Shown: positions 1-10,197 of the stretch, piece by piece
Numbering within the stretch: the first letter of the stretch is position 1
Layout of the letters: each line of letters opens with the position of its first letter
DNA from: Candidatus Fermentibacterota bacterium
GTDB lineage: Bacteria; JAFGKV01
Assembly (NCBI GenBank): GCA_016928395.1
Contig: JAFGKV010000134.1
Location: 2,631-66,630, forward strand
DNA: 64,000 bases
Direction: 5' to 3'
The notes under the pieces: model-generated
Database searches by the model: none
What the model saw: only the letters and a program-made list of their open reading frames with translations
Told to the model about the DNA's origin: nothing
Program-made: the position numbers and the translations under genes

Positions 1-85
1 GCGGGCGAGGTTTAAGAAGACGATACGCACCAGGCTCTCCGAATAGACCGACGAAGCCCGACTGGCGGCTCCAGACCCTCCAGGC

Positions 86-113
86 GCCACTATTCTCATA
101 TGAGAATAGTGGC
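86..113. repeat. 28-bp perfect palindrome GCCACTATTCTCAT/ATGAGAATAGTGGC (centre CATATG); function unknown
   Basis: Read directly. The 14-nt arms are exact reverse complements with no spacer. It lies in a stretch of more than 700 bp without a credible ORF. Confidence 0.9.
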
Positions 114-317
114 ACGAATGATCTGACGGCGTCATGGACACGTTGGTAACACGGCGAATTGCTGACTCAACAGGAAGATGGACGAGGCCCTTCCGCAACG
201 GAAGGGGGCGCTGTCTGCGGTTGCTGACACGATCAGAAAGAGGGTGGCGCATGCATCTGCCCGACTCACCACCGGCCACAAATTGGACAGAATCACCGAT
301 TTGAATTGGACACTCTG

Positions 318-333
318 ATGCGCATATGCGCAT
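318..333. repeat. 16-bp perfect palindrome ATGCGCATATGCGCAT (centre CATATG); function unknown
   Basis: Read directly. It sits in the same ORF-poor region as the 28-bp palindrome and has the same central hexamer. Confidence 0.9.
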
Positions 334-715
334 TTCGGAATGAGTTACCACCCGTTTCGGGAATAACTTACCAGTGGGCGGAGCGTAGCGACGCTGGCAT
401 GGGCACAGGTAAGCGAGTGGAAAGTGTGCGTCAAGAGTAGGGGGTGTGGACGTGCATCGGAGTGCGCCCTGGCGGACGACGTTCCTCCTTTCACGTTCCC
501 CCTGGGGAGGGGGGGTTCATGTCTGTCAAAAAGGCAGCGCACCTCCGAGGAGAGGAAGAGGGGCTGGATGAAGAGTTCTCTGGTGCGGGCTCTTCCCTCG
601 GAGACGCCATCATACGGATCTCCTCCCGTGGCGGCAAGGGGTACACTCGCCCTGAGCCTTGGCCCGCCCCTGATGGGTGACCCCGCTACTTCCTGACATA
701 GATCCTCCTGGCCGG

Positions 716-2122
716 CTACGGGATTTCCGCCTGGAAGTCGAACTCGCCAACGCGGTTGGAGACGCCCAGGAGCTGTTCTGTAGCGTTGACCGCACTCACC
801 AGGTAGGTGCGGTTCGCTTCCGGATCTGTGACGCCGCTGGTGCTGGACCACGTGGAATCGGGGTGTGTGATGACGGCGAGCCGGTACTCATAACCAGGGG
901 CGCCGCCAGGCGGGAAATGGGGCAGATTGCTGGCGCCGTAGACCCAATAGTCAGACGCATCTGGAAGAGTGGTCCACGTGAGAACAAGCTGATCGTTGTC
1001 GAGAGCACCGGAAAGAGAGATGTCGCTCACGCCCCGCGCATACTTGACGGCGTGGTTCGTCATATCGCCGTATGCGATATGGGGTAGACCGGAGCCGTCC
1101 AGAGCCAGAGAGGTAGTATACCCCATGCTTCCATCCCAGTCCACCGTGTGGACATGCCACTCCGATGCGTCGCGGTATGCATACTTCAGATCCCAGTTCG
1201 TCGGGTCGAAGTAGCTGATATGCGGAAACCCCGATGCATCCAAGGCCAGCGAAGTGAATTGGCCCACATTCCCTGTCGAATCCACTACCTCGATGGTCCA
1301 CGCCGAAAAGCCACGATACGCGTATTTCAGATCTTGGTTTGTGGCATCCCGGTAGCTGATGCGCGGCCTGCCCAAGTTGTCAAGGGCGAGTGACGAATGT
1401 GCACCCACTTCCCCCGCTTCGTCTACTGTCTCGATCTGCCACCCCGATCCATCTCGATACGCGTACCTCAGGTCACTTGACGCATAGTGGCGATAACTGA
1501 TGCGGGGTTGGCCAAACGCGTTCAGGGCGATGGAGGTAGATGCGCCCGAAGCGCTCGTATAGTCTACGATCTCAGCATGCCACCCCGATTCATCACGATA
1601 TGCGTATTTCAGACAGTGAACCTGGTCCTCATCATAGACTCCCTGATAACTGATGTGGGGGTGCGCTGAAGCATCCAGTACCAACGATGTATAGGAGTCC
1701 ACTTCTCCTACGGAGTCTACGATCTCGTCATGCCAACCCGTGGCGTTCCGGTAGGTGTACTTAAGATCGTCATTCGTAGCGTCGTGGTGGCTTATGCGGG
1801 GTCTGCCCAAGGTATCCAGAACAAGAGACGGAGCGTGCCCCAATGATCCAGATCCAATCGAGTCCGCCGTTTCGAAATGCCACCCCGATGCGTCACGGTA
1901 CGCATACTTCAGTTGGCCCAGATGTCGGTAGCAGATTCGGGGTCCGCCGAACTCGCTCAAGGCCAGCGAGAGACCCCCAGTCGTAAACCCACCGGAAACA
2001 ACGGTTTCAAAGCTCCATCCACCCGGTTGGGAGGGCGCGAGGTTGGGGCAGACTGCCACCGCAAAGGCCGCTATGAGACTGACTGTGCGACCCCTGCTGG
2101 GATGGGAGACAGTGTGACACAT
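716..2122 (-). CDS. Secreted 7-repeat beta-propeller-like protein with Fn3-like C-terminal module ending SNRVGEFDFQAEIP
   Basis: Seven tandem repeats of about 45 aa fit the pattern W(H)xE(T)VDxxGxVGxxTSLALDxxGxPHISYxDxTNxDLKYAYRDxSG. The ATG at 2122 is preceded by AGGAGG, and the N-terminus is hydrophobic (SLIAAFAVAVCP). The ORF track extends to 2179. Confidence 0.8.
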   Translation of the reverse strand: MCHTVSHPSRGRTVSLIAAFAVAVCPNLAPSQPGGWSFETVVSGGFTTGGLSLALSEFGGPRICYRHLGQLKYAYRDASGWHFETADSIGSGSLGHAPSLVLDTLGRPRISHHDATNDDLKYTYRNATGWHDEIVDSVGEVDSYTSLVLDASAHPHISYQGVYDEDQVHCLKYAYRDESGWHAEIVDYTSASGASTSIALNAFGQPRISYRHYASSDLRYAYRDGSGWQIETVDEAGEVGAHSSLALDNLGRPRISYRDATNQDLKYAYRGFSAWTIEVVDSTGNVGQFTSLALDASGFPHISYFDPTNWDLKYAYRDASEWHVHTVDWDGSMGYTTSLALDGSGLPHIAYGDMTNHAVKYARGVSDISLSGALDNDQLVLTWTTLPDASDYWVYGASNLPHFPPGGAPGYEYRLAVITHPDSTWSSTSGVTDPEANRTYLVSAVNATEQLLGVSNRVGEFDFQAEIP

Positions 2123-2732
2123 CTTTGACCTCCTGGCCGAAGAGATCCTCGGGGCGGCTGAGGGAAATGTCAAAAGCACGGCTCAGCATCTCCACGGTGA
2201 GATGTACATAGTCCCTTTGCGCTTTGGGCGCAAGACCAAAACAGCATCCAGGCTCTGTTCGGGGTCGATAACCGGAGGAAGGGTAGGGTAAAGACAGGAT
2301 GCGAGCCCGCAGTGTCCCAAGTCCGGTGTTGGCTACCGAAAGGCAGCGACGGCTTGGCAGGCACTCGGGGACTGAATCTACCTTAGAGACCTCGGGCATC
2401 GACCGACGTTCCACTGGTCAGGTCATGGCCGCGGAGAACGTGATCTGGTGGAGAGCGGTGTGGGCAAATCCCTAGTCTGCAATCTTCGATCGCTCTCACG
2501 GCCCCGCGCCCATGGCGTAACGGTGGCGAGGCAGTCAGGGGTGTTCATTCGCGCACCGAAATCAACCCGCCTGGCGAACACGCGATCCGAGGGCGGTCTG
2601 TGGCCTCGCCGAGATGGTGGAGGCTGACAGGCATCCACATATCGGAACGGGGCCACCAGGCTGCATGCCGGCCTCCATGCGATGCACACCCGTGCAGGTC
2701 TCACGCGACCGGGTTCGGGGACGCCGACCGGC

Positions 2733-4538
2733 TCAGGGGACGGGCAGCTCCCAGTCGAAGTCGATGCAGTGCAGCGGCGGCATGGAGGCGATCTCCAAAA
2801 TCGCGCGCCGGAGTTCGCCCGGATGGCTCTGCATGGACTGCGCGTAGTAGATGGGCGGGTTGTCGTGATCGTACAGAACATTGGGCTCATTGCCTATGGC
2901 AGCCACGTTGACGCGGGTCCAGGGGACGCCACCGAGGATCGCGATGTTCGTGAGATCGATGGCATGTTTGCACGGGTACCACACGGGATTGTAATCGAAT
3001 CCGGGCCACTGTGCATTGGGCGGCTGTGCGTGATCCCACTGGGCTTGGAGCCGCAGGTAGCGGCATCGCAGCCCCGCGATGAAGCTCGCTGCCTCGCGCT
3101 CGGCCCACCAGGCGGCATTCTCGGGCGATGGATCTCGAACGAGGCTCCAATGGCCGAAGAGGTCGTAGGCCTGCAGGTAGCGGTCATTGGAGGGGTCTTC
3201 GTCTAGTGACCAGGGCTCCATACTGGTAACGAAGTTGTCCGAAGGCCCTTCGACGTCGATGAGGTAGGCGACCTGAAGCTCAGGATATCTGCCCAGGCAG
3301 CCGGCGCCCATGGTGATGCCATAACTGCTGGTCACGACACCTACATTGTCGTCACGCACATTGGGCAGGCCGTGGACGAACTCCATGACGGCCTCAAGGT
3401 CATCCTGGTGCGCAACGCCGTTGTGATCCTCCTCGCCGTCACTGGGATGCTGCACCCCTCGCCCCTCGGCATTGAAGTGCACCTCGACAAAGCCCGATGC
3501 GGCCACCTGGAGGTTGCCGTTCTCACCTGCGCCAAGCCCGCCGGGAACATTGACGACCGCGGGGAATAGCTCGCCGGGATAGAGGGCGGGATTCGGCTGG
3601 ATGATCTTGGTCCACAGAGCACTGCCGCTGGGCGCGATGACGAAATACCCCTCAACCACTGTGGTGGCATAGGTGATCGGATACTCCCAGATGACCGCGC
3701 CAGCCGTGTCGACTTCCCGGATGGAAGCGTCCACCGAGTACAGAGTTGTCTGTCCCTCGAGACGGTCGGCGTCGTAGGTCAGTCCGCCGGTGGGATGCTC
3801 CCACACGACTGAACCATCGGGCGCAACCTCCAGAATCCGCTCGTGGTTGGAGTCGACGATGATGGTGTGACCATTCGCGAGACGGTCGGCATCCCGCGGC
3901 CAGTCCAGGCCGGCTGCATAGGTCCAAACGATAGCGCCTCCCGCGGTCACCTCGATGATGCGATTGTTGTTGGAGTCTGCGATGATGGTGTTGCCGCCCG
4001 AGAGACGGTCGGCGTTGTGGGGACCGTTGAGCCGATTGGGTCCGCCTCCCGCGACCCCGGTCACGCCGAATTGCCAGACGATGGTCCCGCCACCGTCGAT
4101 CTCAATGACCCGATGGTTGTCTCGATCCGTGATGAGCAGGTGACCTCCGGCCAGAACATTGGCGTCGTTGGGATAGTGCAGGGTGGATCCGTCGCTCAAC
4201 GAGATATCGTCACTGCTCCACAGCACGCCTCCAGCTCTGTGCACGATGATGACGCGGTCATTCCCCGTATCGGAGATGACGATGGTCGAGTCGGTGACAA
4301 TGTCTGCATTGTGAGGCCAGGAGAGCCCTGTGTCCAGCGACCACAGGATGCTGCCGCTGCGGTCCATCTCTACGACCGCACCGCCGCTCATGTTCAGGGG
4401 GCCTCCGTCGGTAACCAGGAGGCTGTCCCCCCCCACGAGATCAACATCGTGCACGCGGATGGGATAATAGGCATCTGTGAGAGCCGGCGGAGGACCAAGC
4501 AATACCATCGCAAGAAGTACGGTGAGACGAGACTGCAT
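2733..4538 (-). CDS. Secreted two-domain protein: N-terminal beta-propeller and a C-terminal domain that may be alpha/beta-hydrolase-like
   Basis: Signal peptide MQSRLTVLLAMVLLGPPPALTDA with a GAGGAG RBS. Repeats include ISDTGNDRVIIVHRAGGVLWS, ITDRDNHRVIEIDGGGTIVWQF, IADSNNNRIIEVTAGGAIVWTY and IVDSNHERILEVAPDGSVVWEH. The function of the C-terminal half is not recognised with confidence. Confidence 0.75.
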   Translation of the reverse strand: MQSRLTVLLAMVLLGPPPALTDAYYPIRVHDVDLVGGDSLLVTDGGPLNMSGGAVVEMDRSGSILWSLDTGLSWPHNADIVTDSTIVISDTGNDRVIIVHRAGGVLWSSDDISLSDGSTLHYPNDANVLAGGHLLITDRDNHRVIEIDGGGTIVWQFGVTGVAGGGPNRLNGPHNADRLSGGNTIIADSNNNRIIEVTAGGAIVWTYAAGLDWPRDADRLANGHTIIVDSNHERILEVAPDGSVVWEHPTGGLTYDADRLEGQTTLYSVDASIREVDTAGAVIWEYPITYATTVVEGYFVIAPSGSALWTKIIQPNPALYPGELFPAVVNVPGGLGAGENGNLQVAASGFVEVHFNAEGRGVQHPSDGEEDHNGVAHQDDLEAVMEFVHGLPNVRDDNVGVVTSSYGITMGAGCLGRYPELQVAYLIDVEGPSDNFVTSMEPWSLDEDPSNDRYLQAYDLFGHWSLVRDPSPENAAWWAEREAASFIAGLRCRYLRLQAQWDHAQPPNAQWPGFDYNPVWYPCKHAIDLTNIAILGGVPWTRVNVAAIGNEPNVLYDHDNPPIYYAQSMQSHPGELRRAILEIASMPPLHCIDFDWELPVP

Positions 4539-4844
4539 TGTGACGCTCCTCTGTAGCGGTACGTGTACGAGACAGGCCTCTGCATCGCAGGATGAATCCT
4601 TTCGGTACTCCTTGGACGGCGCGGGCCATGGGTGGTTTATCTCGGGAGTGCGTGTGGAATCGGTGCTCCATTCCTATCTTCTCTCCTTCTCAGGCTCCCA
4701 CGTCTCGCGACGCGGGAACACAACACCCGGATCACGCAGGAGAGACAATCCGTCCATGGCACGTAGATTGCAGCGGTGTGAGTCTGAGATAGAGGAGCAG
4801 CACATCACTGCCCGATCAGTACCCAATCAGGAGGGAGACTCTCA

Positions 4845-5405
4845 ATGATCAAGATCGGCATACTCATAGGCAGCACCCGTCCCGGTCGCAACGGGGAAGC
4901 GGTTGGTCATTGGGTCTTCGAGATTGCGCAAAAGCGCAGCGACGCCGAATTCGAACTGGTAGACATCAAGGATTTCAACCTTCCTTTGCTCGACGAGGAG
5001 ATTCCGCCGTCTGCGGGCGAGTACGAGCATGCGCACACGAAGGCCTGGGCAGCCAAGATCGCGTCGTTCGACGGCTTCGTGTTCGTGACGCCCGAGTACA
5101 ACCATGGGACCTCCGGTGCACTGAAGAACGCCATAGACTTCGTGTATCAGGAATGGAACAACAAGGCTGCCGGATTCGTGAGCTACGGGAGCGCCGGCGG
5201 AGCACGGGCGGTCGAGCAATTGCGGCTCGTCATGGCCGAGTTGCAGGTGGCGGATGTGCGCGCCCAGGTGATGCTCTCGATGTTCACCGACTTCAAGGAT
5301 TGGAGTATACTCACTCCTGCCTCCTATCAGGAGGGGTCCGTGACGGCCATGCTCGATCAGCTTATCGCCTGGAGCAAGGCCATGAAAGCTGTTCGCGAGC
5401 ACTGA
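4845..5405 (+). CDS. NAD(P)H-dependent FMN reductase family protein
   Basis: N-terminus MKIGILIGSTRPGRNG, plus FVFVTPEYNHGTSGALKNAIDFVYQEWNNKAAGFVSYG, which is typical of the FMN_red family. An AGGAGG-like RBS lies upstream. Confidence 0.85.
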   Translation: MIKIGILIGSTRPGRNGEAVGHWVFEIAQKRSDAEFELVDIKDFNLPLLDEEIPPSAGEYEHAHTKAWAAKIASFDGFVFVTPEYNHGTSGALKNAIDFVYQEWNNKAAGFVSYGSAGGARAVEQLRLVMAELQVADVRAQVMLSMFTDFKDWSILTPASYQEGSVTAMLDQLIAWSKAMKAVREH

Positions 5406-5644
5406 GCGACGATCCACCCCCGGGCGTGATAGTGGACGGAATGAGGGTCGGGCGGGCGAATCCACACAGTACTGATCATTAATCGCAGAGTGAGTCGTCA
5501 GGCGACTGCGGTCTGAGCGAGTGTGAAGTCAGCAATTGGCCGCTGCACGGCACTGCCGACGCGAAAGGCCCGGCATCAGAAACAGAGCCCTCAGCTCTGC
5601 ATGTCTGCCGGCTTGCAGGACCACCGGATAGTGGAGGTTCAAAA

Positions 5645-6142
5645 GTGAAGCTCGACTCGATGAAGGGGAGACTCCTCGGTCTCGTGGCGTGGCTGGCAGT
5701 AAGCTTTACCGCTGCCGCCTTCGGCGGCATGGCATCCGCCCGCGCCGGAGACTTCTATCTGCTGCTTGTCCGTCCGCCATGGGCTCCCCCTGCGTGGGTC
5801 TTTGCTCCAGCCTGGACCCTGCTGTACTTTCTCATGGGCGTGGCCGCATGGCTGGTATGGCGGGAAGGCGGCTTCCGCGGGGCTCGAACGGGTCTCTCAC
5901 TGTTTCTGATCCAACTGGCTGTCAACGCACTATGGACATGGCTGTTCTTCGTGTGGCGTGTGGGAGCGGTGGCCTTCGGTGAGATTCTCATACTCTGGGT
6001 GCTGATTCTCTGCACGATCGTCGCATTCTGGCGGGTGCGCCCCATGGCCGGAGTCTTGCTCCTCCCCTATCTGGCCTGGGTAAGCTTCGCGTCTGCGCTC
6101 ACCTATGCAGTCTGGCAGGGCAATCCCGGGCTGCTGTCCTGA
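5645..6142 (+). CDS. tspO: TspO/MBR tryptophan-rich sensory protein
   Basis: Five-TM Trp-rich pattern: RPPWAPPAWVFAPAWTLLYFLMGVAAWLVW ... NALWTWLFF ... LPYLAWVSFASALTYAVW. GTG start with GGAGG 7 nt upstream. Confidence 0.85.
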   Translation: MKLDSMKGRLLGLVAWLAVSFTAAAFGGMASARAGDFYLLLVRPPWAPPAWVFAPAWTLLYFLMGVAAWLVWREGGFRGARTGLSLFLIQLAVNALWTWLFFVWRVGAVAFGEILILWVLILCTIVAFWRVRPMAGVLLLPYLAWVSFASALTYAVWQGNPGLLS

Positions 6143-6475
6143 CCTCAGACCCTGCGGCGAGGGGTCACGGCCCGCCGGGGGGCACCCCACAAGTAACCCG
6201 CGGCAGCGATGATTCTTCACAATGCGGAAGGCCGGCAAGGAGGCCAAGAAAATCCAGTCGCGACCCGGGTTGCCCGTGCTTGACCAGGCGAAGCCGGCCG
6301 GGTTCTTTCTCCCCGTGCCGTTCCGACTGCCTCGTATGACTCAAGGAAGTGAAGCCGCACGAGGGGATGACCACCATGGCGCCGGGGGCAGATTCAAAGG
6401 GATGATCCACTCGGCCGCGTCACAAGCGCAGCGCCGTACGACCATTGCAGCTATCACACCCAAAGGGAGTATGAG

Positions 6476-7129
6476 ATGGTGAAATCGGTCATCATCGCTG
6501 GCGCCCTCTTCGGCGTCTTGTCGCTGGCCTTCCTGGTCACGGGCATCGCGGCCGCGAAGCGTCGGCACTTCAGCGGAGTTCCTGCAAACCTGCTCCTCTC
6601 GGTGCTTCTGATCGGGCAACTTGCGCTGTGCGCCCTCATCGTGGTTGGGACCCAGGGCTATCGAGCGTTGACACAGGAACACGCCGCAGCCACCATCGAG
6701 ACCTATCCTATCGGCCCCGGCTCCTTTCGAGCTGTCTTCGCTTTTCCCGATGGATCCGACACGTCCTTCGTGATCGCCGGTGACCAGGTGTACGTGGATG
6801 CGCATATCCTGAAGTGGACGTCTCTGGGAACGATCCTGGGCCTAGACACGGCCTACGAGCTCGACCGGGTGTCCGGGAGATACTTCCGCCTGGAAGATGA
6901 GCAAGCAAAGCCACGAACCGTCTATTCGCTGGCCCGCAAGAAACGTGTTGACATGTTTAGCGTGCGCCGCCGCTATCAGTTCCTCGATCCGTTGGTGGAT
7001 GCTGAATACGGATCCGCCACATTCATCGCCGCCGACCGGCCAGCCCGGTTCGAACTCCGCGTATCGCTGACCGGCCTGCTCATCAGGGAGACGGCGGTAT
7101 CGCCTCGCACTCGAATACCCGCGACGTGA
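6476..7129 (+). CDS. Hypothetical membrane protein (two predicted N-terminal TM helices)
   Basis: Clean ORF with an AGGGAG RBS and the hydrophobic segments IIAGALFGVLSLAFLVTGIAAA and LLLSVLLIGQLALCALIVVG. No family recognised. Confidence 0.6.
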   Translation: MVKSVIIAGALFGVLSLAFLVTGIAAAKRRHFSGVPANLLLSVLLIGQLALCALIVVGTQGYRALTQEHAAATIETYPIGPGSFRAVFAFPDGSDTSFVIAGDQVYVDAHILKWTSLGTILGLDTAYELDRVSGRYFRLEDEQAKPRTVYSLARKKRVDMFSVRRRYQFLDPLVDAEYGSATFIAADRPARFELRVSLTGLLIRETAVSPRTRIPAT

Positions 7130-7616
7130 CATACTGAGGGTGCCGGCCCATCACGGATCGAAGAAACGCCGGTCGTGAGCCGAGTCTGTGGGGTGGGCTC
7201 CGGCCCGTGAGCATGAAAGTCCAACGGCCGCAGCGCCTTCGGCGCCACGCCTCGCCTCAGTCCATCTGCGGGGTGCGGAGCGGGTGAGCCCCCGGAGCCG
7301 CCGCCCGGCGAACGGACGCCTTTTCCCCGGGCCTGGACAATAGGTTGTCGAATCAGAACGAACGGCATTCATTGCCGCGGTGCCCGCAGTCCTGGCGTCT
7401 CCATTACGCCTTCCCGCGCCGCATCATGTCGATCACCCATGGGATGCAAGGCTCCCATGGCGTGGTCACCCACTGAACCTGCCGCGGAACTGCAGAATGG
7501 TGAACCTGGATCGTCACGTATGCATGAGTTCGTTGAGAACTGATCCCATGCCTCTTTACCTCAGCCGTTCCGGCACGCGACGTATCGTGTGCGGGGCCGG
7601 GCAAAGGAGCATCCCC

Positions 7617-9866
7617 GTGTCATTCCAGATGTGTGTGTGCCTGACCGTACTGTGCCTCGCTGCCGTGCCTCCCTGGGTTGGCGGTGCCGACGCCACGCAG
7701 CCGGGTGCGGCTCCCCTCATCTATCTCAAGTACGCAGCCTTCGATCCGATTGCCGGGGAGCCGGCCGTGCCGCCGATGCTCCAGGCCCGTCCCGAGAATA
7801 CCGTGCGCCTGGTGCATGTGGGCCGCCCGCTCCAGAACGATGAGATCGCCACGCTGGAAGCCGCCGGAGCCCAGGTTTTGAGCTATGTGCCCGAATTCAC
7901 CTATCTAGTGAACCTTCAGGAGAGTGACCGAGCCCGCGTGGCCGGGCTTCCTCTTACCCGATGGATCGGCGAGTTCCATCCGGCATACAAGATCCAAGCC
8001 GGGCTTCTTGGCTCGGATGAGGGCGACCTGGAGCTGAATGTCATGTACTTCCGGGAAGTAACCTCGAACGGGCGCCCGGACCGCCTCATGGAGATCGTGG
8101 CGCGGTGCGGGGGGATCGTCACCGAGGACGACGGCCTCTTCCCTCTGCTCAGGATCCGGTGTGCGCCTCGATGGATCCAGACCCTGGCCTCGCTTCCCGA
8201 GGTCAGATGGATCGACAGGTATGACCCTCCGGTGCGGGCCATGAACTACACACGAGTTGCTGTGGGCGCGGGCACTGCCGCCGCCGGTGGTTTCACCGGG
8301 TCGGGCATCGTGGGTGAAGTCAAGGACGACGGCATCGATCAGACTCACCAGGACTTCGGGAATCTCATCGGCACCTACGGATCGCCTGCAGTAGACTCGC
8401 ATGGCACCTGCACGTTCGGCATCGTGTTCGGTGACGGGACCGGGTCGGCCAATGCGACGGGCATGATGCCCTCCGGGAGCGGCGTGTTCGCCAACTGGAG
8501 CACGAGTCGTTCGGCATCGATCCAGAACCTGAAGAACACCTGGGGCGGCGTGTTCCAGACGAACAGCTGGATTCAGGGAAACCTGGATGGCGACTACAGC
8601 TCCTACTCGAACCAGAATGATGACGCCGTCGTCCTCCACGACGTGCTCATGCTCTACTCCGCGGGCAACAGCAACTATGGGGTCGGGTCACAGACAGTCT
8701 CCCAGGATGCCGTCGGGAAGAATGTCATCGCGGTGGGCGCGGTGTGCCACTTCAACACCGTGGATCTAAGCGATGACCGCTGGCAGAACGGAGGCTCGGG
8801 CAACACGCCGTCGCAGGGTCCGGCGGCAGACAGCAGGATCAAGCCCGATCTCTGCGCATTCTTCGATTATATCTACACCACCGATCGCCCCGGCGCGGCC
8901 GGATACGCAAACGGAGACTACTTCACGTATTTCGGCGGCACCAGCGCGGCGGCACCCATCGTGGCCGGGTCGGCAGGCCTGGTCTACGAGATGTACGGGG
9001 CAGACCACTTTGGCACCGGGGCGCTTCGCACCACTCCCCATGCGGCAACGGTGAAGGCGATCCTCATCGCCAATGCCCATCAGTACAGCCTGACCGCGGC
9101 GAACCGCTACAGACAGGGGTGGGGCCTACCGGATGTCGGTCGTATCCATGAGGTGGGACCGAATCAACTCATCATTGACGGGGGGAATCCTCTGTGTACC
9201 GGTCAGACATGGTCCACGAACGTGACCCGCTTCAGCGGTGAGGAGCCTTTGAAGCTCTCGTTGGTCTGGAGCGACAAGCCGGGCGAGGCCTCATCATCCC
9301 GGGCGCTGATCAATGACCTTGACCTGAAGGTCACAGACCCCAATGGCGATGTCTACCGGGGCAACTGCGATCTCGTCTCCTCACTCTGGTCTAGCCCGGG
9401 AGGCTCGTTCGACCGCTACAACAACGTGGAAAACGTGTTCATTCAATCACCGATCGCCGGCGCCTACCTGGTCGAAGTAGTCGCGTTCAACGTTGCACAG
9501 GACAATGATCCCGCCGCAGGCGTGAATCAGGACTTCTCCCTCGTGGCCACCATGACGGGCGGGTCAGCGCTGGCTCCCATGGGCCTGTCCATACAGCAGA
9601 TCGATGCGACCACCGCCCGGCTGTCGTGGTCTGCCGTCACCGGAGCAACGCACTACTGCCTCTACCGGAGCCAGTCGCCTTACTTCAGCGCCTCGGCATT
9701 GGCCTGGCAAACCGTGGCAGCTCCTACGCTGCAGTACGATTTCACAGCAGGCGTAGGCGATCCGAGCACGAGCTACTACTTCCGCGGAGTCGCCCGAAAC
9801 GCCACCGAGAGTTCACCGGAGTCGAATATCGTCGGCGAGATGGACTATGACACCGACATCCCCTGA
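7617..9866 (+). CDS. Secreted subtilisin-like (S8) serine protease with P-domain-like region and Fn3-like C-terminal module ending SNIVGEMDYDTDIP
   Basis: Catalytic motifs appear in D-H-S order: VKDDGIDQTHQDF, DSHGTCTFGIV, SAGNSNYG (oxyanion Asn) and GGTSAAAPIVAGSAGLVYE. A P-domain-like stretch reads LSLVWSDKPGE...INDLDLKVTDPNGDVY. The start is uncertain: the ORF opens at 7380, and I prefer GTG 7617 (AAGGAG 7 nt upstream). Alternatives are 7524, 7548 and 7629. Confidence 0.85.
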   Translation: MSFQMCVCLTVLCLAAVPPWVGGADATQPGAAPLIYLKYAAFDPIAGEPAVPPMLQARPENTVRLVHVGRPLQNDEIATLEAAGAQVLSYVPEFTYLVNLQESDRARVAGLPLTRWIGEFHPAYKIQAGLLGSDEGDLELNVMYFREVTSNGRPDRLMEIVARCGGIVTEDDGLFPLLRIRCAPRWIQTLASLPEVRWIDRYDPPVRAMNYTRVAVGAGTAAAGGFTGSGIVGEVKDDGIDQTHQDFGNLIGTYGSPAVDSHGTCTFGIVFGDGTGSANATGMMPSGSGVFANWSTSRSASIQNLKNTWGGVFQTNSWIQGNLDGDYSSYSNQNDDAVVLHDVLMLYSAGNSNYGVGSQTVSQDAVGKNVIAVGAVCHFNTVDLSDDRWQNGGSGNTPSQGPAADSRIKPDLCAFFDYIYTTDRPGAAGYANGDYFTYFGGTSAAAPIVAGSAGLVYEMYGADHFGTGALRTTPHAATVKAILIANAHQYSLTAANRYRQGWGLPDVGRIHEVGPNQLIIDGGNPLCTGQTWSTNVTRFSGEEPLKLSLVWSDKPGEASSSRALINDLDLKVTDPNGDVYRGNCDLVSSLWSSPGGSFDRYNNVENVFIQSPIAGAYLVEVVAFNVAQDNDPAAGVNQDFSLVATMTGGSALAPMGLSIQQIDATTARLSWSAVTGATHYCLYRSQSPYFSASALAWQTVAAPTLQYDFTAGVGDPSTSYYFRGVARNATESSPESNIVGEMDYDTDIP

Positions 9867-10197
9867 CTTCGGATTTCGGTGCCGCGCATTGGGACCCTGT
9901 CAGCAGACCCACGCTGAGAGAGGCGGGTTCGCTGTGAGACACCTCGTGCGATCGTCTTTCGCGGCCGCTACTCGCGCGGCATCTCCTCACGCCGGGTTGC
10001 CAAGACCAAGGCGGGTCACGCTCGGATAATGGCCCACGACGGATTCATCTGTGCGTAGAGACGGGTCACTTAGCAGAGGAGTTGGTGCTGGCGGGCAGCC
10101 GATCCGGCGGAGGTCTCTCGCTCCATAGGTCGCGATCCTCGGCGACTCTGCGCACTGCATGTGACTGGCGTGCACCGGCCCTTGGTTCACACCGGGC

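Noticed and set aside
345-851. 168-aa minus-strand ORF and the overlapping small ORFs in 345-1087
   Set aside because: They overlap the 3' end of the propeller gene or lie in the non-coding region. The composition is Arg/Gly/Pro-rich, with no motif and no RBS.
7040-7065. GGTTCGAAC T-loop-like string, checked as a possible tRNA
   Set aside because: The flanking bases do not form a T-stem or acceptor stem, and the string lies inside CDS 6476..7129. I recognised no tRNA or rRNA anywhere in the window.
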